DNA of 59,499 nt from Klebsormidium nitens (taxonomy: Eukaryota > Plantae > Klebsormidiophyceae). A program made the position numbers and the translations under genes. Shown in pieces: positions 13,018 through 25,468 of the stretch; within the stretch, counting starts at the first letter, position 1; the number at the start of each line of letters is the position of its first letter. A model generated the notes under the pieces. The model worked only from the letters and a program-made list of their open reading frames with translations. It did no database searches and was not told where the DNA came from. The DNA is taken from the NCBI GenBank assembly GCA_000708835.1, contig DF237491.1:1-59499 (forward strand), in the 5' to 3' direction.

Positions 13018-14111
13018 AACAGATGAGGCCACTCAATTGGAGGTACGACTTGCGAAACATGTGCTTGAAAGTCGGAGAAGGCGAGCAAGAATGGGAAAAC
13101 GAATGCACTGCGCAAGGTTTCTGGAAGCAGATTGCAGGGAGCCAATTGATTCGCTGCGAGAAGCACGTGGCAATCGCAAGCCAATCAGAGCACTCGTAAG
13201 CAACCGTCGGTTGATTCCACTTTAGACACTCGACTTTAACTTGAGTCGTGACTCTTGCGTGCTCAGTACACTGATGTCAACAGCCGCTAAATTAACAATC
13301 TCCTGGTGCCAGCAGGAGAAACTGATCAGACTGGTTGCGGGGCAAAAGGATTGCGGGCAAAAGGGGCGTAGCTAGGCGGAACCTGTTCATCAGATTAGCA
13401 TTTAGGGACTTTGAGCTGTCTTCGTGGTTGCAAACTTTGAATAGAGTGCAGAAGGCATGACGATCTGGTTGTGGCGGCGAATAGCCTTGAAACACCATTC
13501 ATGCTGCATGCAGGGTGTAAGCTCTGAGCTTTGTACTTGGTTTAAAAACTGAGGGGCCTCTGCGGAGGTGGCCATCTTGTAGCGAGGCTGCCAAATTTGC
13601 CCCACATCCTACTTCTCCTGAGGTCAGCCCATTGCCATGCGTTGTCACAAGTATTGAAAGTGATATGACTTGAAAGCTTGATCATTTCCACGTAGCAGCC
13701 CAACTCTCCCAGCTTTCTGGGATGACTGCCAGACTGCAATGCAGGAAGACAAGAATGATGTCTCTCATACTGGTGGTTGGTCGCCCTTTTACCACAGCTG
13801 AACATCGGTACCAGTGCCAAGTTCCCAGCTCGTTGACAGCAGCTTGGAAAGCTGCAAATACCAGCTTGATATAGCACATTTTCAGAAAGCTTCTGTGAAA
13901 CTTATTTGCCGCTACAAAAGCTTTCTTGCCACGTGTCAAAGGTTGGCAATACGAACAGGGGAGGCTGACCATGCCCGTTTGCACAATCGAAGTTCTGAAT
14001 CTGCTGTAAGACACCTCACTTAAAAGCTGCAGACATGATGCGTCTCTACTTTTGGATCAGCCATCTTGAGTGCTTGCAGGTTGGCTGATGTTACCCTGCG
14101 GTGCCGGAAGC

Positions 14112-17100
14112 ATGACAACCACTATGGATTCCGTTGTGGGCTCATTGCCAACAGGCAGCCCCCCCGCATCCCCGCTACTATTCTTCAAAGCGGAACAGTC
14201 ACTTTCCTCCACATTGCAAGCCACGCGCAACGCCAGAGCCTTGCACAGTGACAAACCAACTAGCAGCTCAGGAAAAGGGGAGTCAACAACAAAGTCCAGC
14301 GGAAGTGGCGTCAGATCCAAGGGCAGCACAGGAAAGAATGCAACGAGCCCCAAGAAAACGGGGAGGCAAACGGGAGCTCTGTCCAGCCAGTCGGGCTCTG
14401 GAAAGCTTGCAGGGTCGGAAGTAACTAGAGAGGGCGATGCGGCGGCTACGGAGGTGCGGGCGTTGAGCAGCTTGCAAGCGAACAAGGTTGGGGGGGAGGA
14501 GGGAACGAGAAAGATGCTAGGAGTGCAGGCGATGCTAGAGAGGAAAATGACAAGTCACGAGGCAACGTGGGCGGACTACGGGGCGGCCAGAAAGACGTGA
14601 GCGAACTTTTCCTGAGGAAGATCCGTGTGGACCGCTTTGTGCGGGTAGAAATTGGGGCGAAAGTCTCAATATCTGGGAGGATAGCTAGGCGCAGCACATG
14701 TTTGGATGCGGAAGTGGGGTCTTGAGGAATGCGAGTTGCTGTGTTGGTCAGAGTTGCAAATTGCTGTTGGTGTTGCTCTCAATCAAATTCGCATTCAAAC
14801 AACAGCTTTTTGTTCAGGCTTGAGGGACGCTGTGAGGAGGAGATCGGGCAGGCGGTTGGAAAGTTCAAGGAAGACGCGGAGACGAGCGAGCAGGAAATCT
14901 TGGAAGTCCTGGGCCCAATGATGGGGGATCAGCTGGGGGCTCTCAGCGTAAGAGTCAACCTTATCTGCGCCAATCCGATATCCGATCGTGCCTATCACAG
15001 TCAGGTTCCTGACGATGCAAAGCTTTTGCATATGCACAGAGGCAACCTAGTGAACCATTGCTCTTTGTCATTCAAAGTCGAAAAAATGTATCCAATCGCC
15101 CGCATCACCTTTCTTCTCTTCGTGACACTATGCTTTGGCGAAGCTGCCGAAACAAACGGCTTATCGCCCTTTGCTAAAATCAGGGACTAGGCATGCTCAT
15201 TTTCAGCGGCAATGAAGGATCTGGAGGTTTCACTCCGTCAAGACCTCTCGCCTGCCTTCCCTGCGTTTTCCACATATTGCTCTCCTCGTCATGCTTTCTC
15301 CGTCGACAATGTTCCTCTCACTATAGAACTCAAAGAAAACACTTATTACCTGCAGCTCGACGACATTCAGCGCATCTGGACCGTTGTCGCAGGCCGGTTC
15401 CCCGACCGCGAGGCGCTAATCGAACGCCTAGGAACTGAGCTGGAAAGCGTGGAGCAGCGGCGGGTTGCGGAGGCGCGCGGATTGCTCGAAAAGGCCACCG
15501 AAAGGCTCATGGATATTGCACACCTCACGAGGGGACCGGTGAGGAGCCGTTCCTTGGAGTCGTGGATCTGAGTTATATAAGTGCAAGAGACTCTATGGAA
15601 CCTCTTGCCAAGATAAATCTGTTTGGAGTGTGACACGCTTAGGTGGCGAGCGGAACGGTTACCTACGCACAGCCGACGCCTCATCTGATCGTAGAAGTAA
15701 GCGACGGCATTCATCCACGTCATCCATGTCACGAAACTTGTCAACAAATGTCGGTCTACAGTGGAGACTCAGGGCGAACCGAATAGGCTCTCTTGAAGGG
15801 GCTGCCGTTCCGTGGCTGGGCAGACATGTCTCTCCTCGAGCCGCTACCTTATCCGGATTACGGAATCTCAAAGTTATATACATTCGTCCCGATTTTGTCT
15901 CATTTCCGGACACTCTTTCCTTGAGACCTTCTAGCCCGGTCTCTGGTTCCTTCAAACCCTCTCATCTCCGGTCCTTCTTCCTCTCAAATCCCCTCCTCCC
16001 TGTCCCTCTTCCCTTGAAAACCTTCTCATCCCCGTCTCTTTTTCCTCGGAACCCTCTCATCCCCGGTCTCTCTTTCCTCGCTCCCAGATCGAGCGCCTGG
16101 TTGAAGAGGAGTCCCTGGCTCTGAACCAGACGGTACTCACGAACCGGCAGGCGCACGCGGACCTCCTCGCGCGGCTGAAAACGCGCGAGGTCGCACAGCA
16201 GGCCACGTGGCGCGACGGCTGGGAGGCGGACCTGGAGCGGTGGCGCCTCCTGCGCATGCGGCACACGCTCGATGCGTTCTGCGCGCGCATGGCGAGCGCG
16301 GAGTTCGCGGAATCCCCCGAGCGGAACGCGGAGCTTGGAGCGGTGAAGAAGGAAGAGGTGGGGGACTAGAGTCTTAGCGGGGGCCTGACTATTCTTTTTC
16401 GTCTAACTCTCAATCTCCAAGAAGATTAAATTTTCTGCTTCTAGATCGATCTCGTGCTTAACCAAAGTCAGCTAATCTGACTCTAAAGCATCGTACGACA
16501 ACCATTCTCGACGATTCTATACCTTAGGTCTGTTCTCCAAGCCTTGTTGAATTTTTGACTGATTCACATTTTCTCCGCGCAGGAAGAACACGTGTCAAAT
16601 TTGCAGACACTCATTGGCTCCCTGCGGACGGTGCTGCCGCCAGCGGCTTTTGGGGTGCCTGGTGTTGACACGTGGCAGAAGCGCGTGCTCGCGTCGCTGG
16701 ACAGCTGGCAGGCCAACATCGACTTCCACCAGGAGAAGCTGCGGAGAGTGGTGAGAGGCCATCTCGGCTGAAGCTAGTCGCTTGTTGCGACCAACTAATT
16801 TGGGGCGATGATACAATATACAAAGTTGGGATTCATACTTCGTACTTTGAGACTCGCGTGCTCTACCAAACAATCTTTGGTTACTGGAGAATATGGGATG
16901 GCATACTCCTTGAATGACTGGAATCTGGCAGCAAAGCATCTCATCTATCTGTCCGTTCAAAAGTGCGGACTCCGGACATAGCAATTCAAGTTCCTTGCAG
17001 CTTTGGTTCTGACAGTAAGTCCCGGTCCGTTCTGAGTGAGAGTATATGAACTGACCTCTCCATCTTGTCTCGGCAGCGAATTGGCCGCGCCTGAAGATTG

Positions 17101-20100
17101 GATCCGCTTGCTAAATGTCACTCGGCAAGAATAGCAGTTCACTTTGAGCCCAATCTTCGTCTGCCGTAACGGCTGTCAGTAGAACCATACACTTCAATCC
17201 GTTCCGGTGACCATTTTCAGGAAGAGGAGCTCGAGAAGCGAGCGGACGGAGCGTACGAGCAACTAGTGCGGGACGTAAAAGAGTACGAGGCAATGCCGGA
17301 GGCGGCCGCGGTGGAGCAGCTGGAGCGCGAAGCGAAGCCGCTCCTCGAGCAGCGGCGACAAGCCGCGGGGGTCCTCCTGCGGGGCGTCGCCGCGTTTCTG
17401 AAGACTCAAGTGAGGCTACCACGTGTCGGCCAAAAGGATTGCTGATCCAACGTACTCAGAGGCCAAGTTTCTCCGGTCAGAAGGGGAAGCATGGAAGAAT
17501 CGTAAGCAGGATCGAACGGGGAAGGGAGCGGAACCTCTGTACAGAAACAAACGAGGTTCACTTGCATTCTTGCAGAAATTTTGGGGACTGTTTTTCAGAG
17601 ATGGATTGCCTGTCAAGGGATCCCGAGCTTCAAAATCTCAAAAACGCGGGAATGCCTCTGTCCCGGAGTCCAGCTGTTACTTTCTCATATCGATGTCAAT
17701 GTTACAGCACGAACGGTACGCCCATGTAGACGCCGAAATCAGAAAAAGGAACGGTCCTTCAATATCGGTCTTTCTGATGCGATCCGTCATCTGCTTTACA
17801 GGCAACGACGAGATCCGACTCTGTGAAGGTCCTGACCGGTTACTTCACGCGAGTCGCCGCTCAGTTCGACGAGCACAAAGCACGCGTCGAGAATCTTCAG
17901 GTAGGGACTGCTCCGATCTTTTGGTCGAAACAAACCTCGATACATTCGAGATAGTTCAACATGTTTTCCCCTTACTTCTTTGTAAAAGGAGTGACTCGGT
18001 CTAGTTTCCGCTAGCTGTGGCCATGAGTGGCGGCCTCACTTTGATTCAGACCTTGACGGAAGTATTTTCCACCATTTTTCAACGCATGAAATTGCTGGAA
18101 AACTATTTCTGCAGTCTGGCATCCGCGACACCGTCTCGCGCGGCCGCGCCGCCTTCGACGACGCGAACAGCGCGCGGGAAGACGTTTTCGCGCTCTGCTG
18201 CGCGCGCATAGGGGAGGGCGCTGACGAAGCTGATTTGGACGCGAAGGTCGCGGCCGCGCTGGAGGCGCTCGCGCGCATCGAGGAAGGGTACAGGGTTTTT
18301 CACGCGGAAACCATGCGTGACGTGGAGGCGTATCCGGACGCCATGAAAAGTGCGTCCACTGCGCATCGAATTGCATTTGAGCGACTTCTAGGGGTCACGC
18401 AGAGTGAATCTGAGAGAGCGGGAAGTCTAGAGATTCTAGCGGACAAGTCGGCGGGCATAGTGATCGATAGCCAAGGCGGCGAGCACGCGGCCGCGGCCGC
18501 GGCCGCGGCTCTGTATGAGACGCTTTTTGTCAACGGGGAAAAGTCCCAAAATAGCAGCGAGCCAAGCAAAGAGGCACCGCCAGGCGAAGGCGGTGCAGTT
18601 CAGATGGAAGCGAGAGAGAGCAGCGTAGTCGCGCCGGAAAAGAAGGAGGAAGACCAACTGAAACGCGTGGCTTCGAAGAAGGAAGCCGCCAAGAAAGGCG
18701 CCGATGGCGCGAAGGCGAAAGCGGAAAAGCCGGGTGGTAAAGTTACTCCGGCACCAGTCGCCGCCCCTGCGGTAGTAGCAAGCCCGCCCGTTGCAACTAC
18801 CCCGGTACCAACCGGGGACCCAACTTCGGAGAAAAGTAAACCTGAACCGGTCGAAGACACGTGTCCAGTGGGCGTTGACGGGAAGCCCTTCTTGATCACG
18901 CTCCTGCTGTCGCGAGGTGAGGCTGATCGGTGTGTGCTGACGTACGGCCAAGATCGAGGTATCAGGACAGGGCTTTTCGCAGTCTGTCAGAACGGATGCA
19001 GGGAGAACGCGGACCTCCGGGCAACCCTCGCGAGCCCGAAACCGACGGCTAACCCTGCCGGAGAGACCTATCCGGACCGTTGATCTGGAGGGTTCTAACT
19101 GAGGGGGGTCATCGAAAGTGACCGGTCGAGAGTCCGCGTTCTCCCTCCATTCGTTCTGTCAGCGTGCAAAGCTCCCGCGAATAGGGGGGCTCAAGAATCC
19201 TGAAACTTGAGCAGAAGAGCTTGCGTGGCTGGTAGAGGATGGCCGTTCATATTTACCCGTCGGCTGTCCAGAACAGTTTCTGTCGCTTGTCATTGGAGGC
19301 TGAAAACAATTGCTGGTTTGCCTACCTCCAGAGACACCGCCGTATTGCAGGTTTCGGTTCCCAAATCTGGCCCTGTTCACAAGTTCTCCTGGCCATTCAG
19401 ATCTTTCTTTTGGCACATCTTTCAATCCATGGTTCCTCCATGCTTTTCCGCCTCTGCCCTCGCAGCCAGTCTTGTGTATCCTGCGGTCTTTCTCTCCTTC
19501 TGCTTCCCACTTCTGGAGTCAACAAAGAACAGCAAGAAAACGCCAACTTCCGTTTCCCCAGAGTTCCTGACCGGAATCCTGGCGGAACTCCAAGCGGCCC
19601 TGCTCGCTGAGATGGCGCAGTCGGAGGCCGCAATAACCACCGAGGCGGCCGCGTTCCACAAGGCGCAGTCGGAGCAGCTGACGACTGAGCTGGATGCCCG
19701 GTTGAGGAAGCACCGGCCGCGGGCGGGCCCGGTGGAAGAGGACCTTCGGAGCAAATGGTGGGTGGGGAATCAATAAATAGTTCGATGAGTGGACGAAGTT
19801 GAAGTCTCTGCTTGTATGGTACCGGGAACGGGGATATTGCCAGAGGTTCCCAAAAGGCTTCAACCTTTGCGGTCGAGTAGTTTCTGTATTGATCGAAGCT
19901 ATACAATCCAAGATTTGAAAGTTCATAGACCTGCTAAAGATCCGTCGCATGATCGTTGTAAAGATCGTTTAGTATCTTAACTATGCTTTGTCCTTTTCCG
20001 CATCCCCGTTTGGTGCCGCTCACATGCAACCCTCACATCTTGGTTCTCCAGGGGCGAAGTATCTTGCCGACCCCGGATTCATTGTCTCGCGTTTTGCGGA

Positions 20101-23100
20101 TTCATCAGGAAATAGAAGCGACATAAAGTCGAAACCACTGATTCCGCCTGCCCACGGTTCCACCCGCAGGTCAGCGGAACTCCAGAAGCAGCGGCAGGCG
20201 TTCATGCGGCACCTGCGCGCGGCCGCGCAGCTGGCGGCGGACGACCAGGCCGCGTTCGACGCGCGGCTCGACGCGGCCGCGAAGAAGATGGCGGCCGCGA
20301 CGGAAAAGCTGGGGGAGCTGGAGGAGTCGCTGGAGGACTTAACCAACCTACCGGGCGTGCAGGTGAGCGATTGCGTGTGGTTGACCAGTGGTCGGTTTGG
20401 GGACGTAGAGCGACCGGGGAGCAAGCGAGTTACGATGAATCGTTGCTGGAGGAGCCTGCATTGGCCGTGGTCGGGGGACCTGGAAAGCGTTCATGGCGGG
20501 ACTGTTCTCAGAAGTTTTGGATGCTTATAAGTCGTTGTGATGTTGAGGAGGTGGATGAATGTAATAAGAAGCATTCAGATTTGAGGAGAATTGGTCACGA
20601 AGAAGGCCCTATCTTTGGGCAGGTTGAACCCTAGGGATGTCGGAGACCTGTTACCCGGACTGGCTGGTTTCAATTCTCCGCGAGTCAGTTGGGCTTTCCA
20701 TCACAAGCCACCCTCTAGACTAGTAGGCGGCCCGATTGCGCTCACAAGTCTTGTGAAAGAAATAAATCTCTTAAAGGTGCTTTAGTTAGTCAAAGCGCCA
20801 ATGTCATGATCAAGGCGTTCCGCTTCCGTTTTCCAGGTTAAGATCCGGGAAGCGGAGCATGTCCGGAGGGTGGTCCACGGCGTGATTGACCGGACGGTCG
20901 AAGATCTCGAGTCAGCGGCTCGGAGCAGCTGCGAGGTGCGCGCGCGTCAACACTTATGGTGCTGACACCGGGTATTACGCTGCCTGTGTGGTCACTCAGA
21001 ATAAAGAGAGACAAAGGGAATTCACTCTGCTGGGATGCTGGCGTTGATCCGAAGATGCTTTCCGTACTTGCACAGCAGACCTCGAAGACTGCAGCAGGCT
21101 TGTTTGGCACTTTTGGTAGTATAAGAAGTAGAGGGCGACTTACATCCAAAGAAAACCCGATATTATGAGTGGATTCTTGGTCTTGAAAAGGGACGCGTCG
21201 CACGGATCCGGCTTGATTAGCAACTCAGGCTCGCTCTACCCAGGCTGAAGATCCGCGATAACGGTCAGTGCCTTTTCCTTACGAGTTTTTACTTTCAACT
21301 GCCTCAGGAACTGAAGGAGCTGAATCAGCAGTTCGCTTCGGAAACCTTCAAACCAATTGCCGAGGGGGGCACGTGGCTTCCGGAGGCTATCGCGGAGTGC
21401 GCGCGCCAGCTCGCGGCGGCTGACGCTTCCGCTGACGAAACGGAAGGGCGGAACTTTGACAGAGTGGCGGAAGCGCGGAAAAAGGGGGAGCAAGACCTGG
21501 CGGATGCTCACGATTCCTTCAAGGAAATGGTAAGCGCGTCAGAAGTCATCCAAGTATCGAAACAACTGTACAGTCAATGACTATCCGCGATCAAAAAAAA
21601 GATTAGTGTGGATTGTCAGAAACCCTTCGCACTGAGTGTGTGCCTTCGTGCGGTTTGGGGAGTGGAAAGTCCTGCATTCAATCAGAACATAGTCGATGCT
21701 GGGGCTTCTTGTCCATAGATGCGAACACACGGAGTTGACAGCAAGCAGAGTCTAAGAAAGGTGCTCACATGAGAACGACCCCTCTGGTTGGTCCGCTTAT
21801 CCGATGATACTCTCAGGTTTGCAAAAAGGTCTTCAATGTCAATGTCATCATACCAATCCCTTTCAGGTGGCACCCCACAAGGAAGACCTCGCATTTCTCG
21901 AGCACGCGGAAGCCGCCTTCGCCTCCACCAAATCTAAGTTCGTTGAAATCCTCGAAAGCAGCACCGTGGCCGCGCAGCAGATCCAAGACGCGCTCGCGGC
22001 GCTTTCCACTCTCCTGTCGTCGCGCGGCCCCCAAACCCCGAACCCTGCGGCCGCTGGCGCGCGTGCCGCCGCCGCCCCAGAAGATGAGGCTTCGACAAGC
22101 GGCGCGGAAGGGGTTCCTGTAGTCAGAAAGTTGCCGGAACTGTCAGTCAAAGCTATTGCGGAACTAGACAGAGTGAGAAACCTGATGGTGCCTAGAGCCC
22201 GATTCCTGAATTGTTTGAAGAGCGACGTGCCTGGGGCGCAAGTTTCGCTGGGGCTTGACGACCGCCCCGGTAGCTCGCAACAGGGGGGCCTGGCAAGCGG
22301 CCAACCGGACCCCCCCAAAAGCAAGGCGACCGGCGACGGCAAGGGCCCAGGCAAAGCGTCGCCTGAGCCGGCCAAAAAAGGGGCCACAAAAAGTGGCGGA
22401 AAGACGACGCCGGCCGGCGCTAAGAAGCGTGTGTCGACGGAAAGAGAGGCGGCAGAGGCTGAGGAGATTGACACCAGCACGTTGACGGGCCAGGTGAAGA
22501 AACTGCTGAGCGATTGCCGCACCAAAGTGGGCGAGGCGTGTAGGGAGTATTACGCGAAGCTGGAGGAGAGCGGCCGCGAGCCAACGCGCGGCGCGCGCAT
22601 TCTGGAGGACGCGTACGCGATGGCCGAGTTGCACGAGCGCACGCTCGCGCAGATTGAGTGGGAGGGGGAGGAGCACCGGGGGGCGGCGGTGACGCGGCTG
22701 CGCGCGCAGGTGAGAGAAGAAAGCTTTCGAAATTCTCATTTACGAGCGCCTGAAGAGATATAGAGGACGACCGATTCAAAAGGTACTGCCGGTTTTGACT
22801 CCAGGCTTGGTTGAGAGAAGAGGAACAATAAAAAGACATTTGTGTTGAGAAACGTTGAGGACAACAGACAATTTAGGTTGGCCTTGGTGGTACAGGCTGT
22901 CCGTTGGCAGGAGATGAGCGCAGCCATCGCCAATTTGACACGTGTCGAGCATCCAGATGCTCAATGAGATCGACAGCGTGCGTCTCTGCGGGTGGCACAG
23001 CAATTTGCCGTCGATACCTGCGTCATCAATGATTGGGTCAAGCCTTCAACAGCCGCTCAGAGTCCTTCGGTCCACAACCGTCTGGAGACTCTTGCTCCCC

Positions 23101-25468
23101 TTTCCGCCTGGTCTTCTCCTGCACAAAGGCCCAGACTCGATGCTGAAAGCCCAAAAAGTCGGAATTTTCAGAAACCTCAAACCCTCATACCGTCGAAGCT
23201 TCAAACCCTCAATTTTTCAAACCCTCAAACCCCTTAAACCCTCGCCGCAGGTCATCACTCTGACGGGCCTCCTCGCCCAGCTTCCGGCCGCCGTCTTCGA
23301 CGACCTTCATGCGACGGAGGTCGCCATCTCCGGCGACGCGCATGCGCGCGCGGACCGCGCATTCACGGCGCGGCTCGGGGAGCTGGCGGCCCAGCGCGCG
23401 GCGCACAAGTTCGCGCTGCGGCCCGGCGCCGCGCGGCCGGCCATGGCGGCCGCCTTCAGCGAGCTGAAAGAAAAGGTGATCCGAGAGGATCAGTAACGGA
23501 CCAATTTTGGATTGAGCATTTTTAAAATCTCTGGGATTTGATTGGCCACACAATTTAACTCCCTTGTCGGTGATAGAGTTTCGGCTTCCAACGTTGTAAA
23601 TTCACCGAAGGGCCAACTTCAGTTAAAGCCTCCGGTGCTGGTGCCTTGTTTCGAAGAAATATCGCAGGGAACTTAATGTCCGACTTCACTCCGCTTGCAA
23701 CAATGGGATCTAGATGATAATTACGTGCAAAGCAACTGAGCTTATACGGCCCCACTGGAAACCGCAGGAAAAAGCGCGCGCTGAGAGCGCGCTCGCCGCC
23801 ATTGGGGACGGGTCAGGCGCGGCCGCTGCCGTGCTCGATGCGGACAGCCGCGCTTTCCGGACGCGACTAACGCGGTGTACGGACGTCCTGCTCGCATTAT
23901 ATGACGGGCTGGTCCTGCCGGAGGACCTGGAACCGCCCAAATCGGGTGAGTAAAATGCACCAACTGCGCGTGCAGGTAGGAATGAGCAATTCTTCCGATC
24001 CGCAGAATTGATCGGTTGTCGTAAACGAGGGCGCTGAAAGTATTCGTTGGGCACGATGTAGACATGCGTAGCCAGCAGTTGGGTCCGCTCTAAGTTTCGG
24101 TGCTGCCTTCAAAGCCGTTGGGCTGAGCCCGGACTTCTCGGGGAGAACGAAGCCATCGGAAGGGAACAGGAAAGCAAGAGGGCGATAGGATCAAATCCAT
24201 CTTGTGTGTTTTTCCCCTTCTTGAAATTCGTCTCTCAGGCCTCTTTGTTTCGCACTGATCCAGACTTCTTCAACGAAAGTGAGTTAAAGATTGACATCCG
24301 TAAGGAAAGGGTAGCCAGTGGCAGAAGTACGTTTTCGCTATACGAAGCTACTGATCTGATGTAGCAATCTCATGGGGTATCGCTTAGAGGCGGTCTCTTG
24401 AGAGTTTCTTTCCCCTTTGCTTCTTCAGACGGCGACGAGATCATGTCGATGCAACGGAAGAGCCTCAAGCAGCTCCTGCGCGAGCAGCGCCACGTGGCTC
24501 AGAACCCCGCTGCAACGTCACCGACCCCCGTTCCTTCAGCCGAGCCCTCCGTACGTCCGTACAACAAGCGCACATGGCCGGGCGTCCAAACGGACGCTTT
24601 AGACCTGAAGCAACTAGGTTGGAAAGAAGCGAACGGAACCGGAGCGGAAGAGAAAGTTGCAGCGGAACCGTCTGGAGATGAGGCCAAGAAGCCGGTGGAA
24701 AAAGCGGCGGCGCAAAAGGAGAAAGGGCCCGCTGGGAAGGGTGGGAAGCCGCCAGCGAAGGGCGCCGCTGATGTCAGCGGAAGCAAGGTGGTGGCCGGAA
24801 GGAAGAATAGCAGCGGAACGCCGGATCCCACGGAGGGCGGAGGTGAGAGTACACACCAAACAGCTGATACCTTAAAAGGGAAGAGATGAAAGAGATTGTT
24901 GTGGCTCCTTTCATTGACTGGCAGTTCTTCGAGGAGGGTACAACTGTGAATCAGGCTGTCTTTCAGACAACCGTGTAATTCCTTTAGAGTAGTGAATTGC
25001 CTAGACAGGAGAGAAACGTGATCTTGATAAACCTGTGCCCAAACAACTCCTCGTAGTCGAACCGCGATTCGGGGCATGTCCAGCCGCTTGAACTATCAAC
25101 GTTTCAGTTGAATTTCTGGCGACCCACGCGGCAAGCAGATCGAACTTCGACGGTCAACAACACCAAATACATCTCTTTTGTCCCTGTTGTGACAATCCCG
25201 CCCAGTCCCTCGTCCTGCTGTTCCATTGACACATACCTTTCCTCCGCCCTTCACAGACGCTCTCTCCCGCCCCGTGGAGGGCCTCGACACGCCGTTCCAC
25301 CACGCCATCGTGGGCGCGCGCGACCGTGCGCTCGAGAAGTACGCCTCCTACCTCGCGCGCGCGCTCGCGCACTACTCACAGCGGCGGGACGCGCTGGCCG
25401 CCGACGAGGCGGACTGGGCCGGCTTTTGGGCGGCGCAGTGCCGGGAGTGCCAGCTGACGATGCAGTGA
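14112..25468 (+). CDS. CCDC180: Coiled-coil domain-containing protein 180 (DUF4455/DUF4456), ciliary central-apparatus family; multi-exon
   Basis: GC-rich helical exons (e.g. 14112-14596, 14818-14947, ~15356-15538, ~16089-16358, ~18114-18915, ~21867-22709, ~23251-23475, ~25256-25468). They include IAHLTRGPIERLVEEESLALNQTVLTNRQAHADLLARL...RWRLLR...F...M.S.EF (DUF4455-like), HKFALRPG...ELKE (DUF4456-like) and the C-terminal E.DW.GFW. Not every internal junction was checked, and the start codon is uncertain. Confidence 0.75.

Noticed and set aside
23170-23243. Cluster of AAACCCT(C) telomere/telo-box-like motifs in a CCDC180 intron
   Set aside because: The copies are imperfect and irregularly spaced just before an acceptor; best explained as low-complexity intron sequence.
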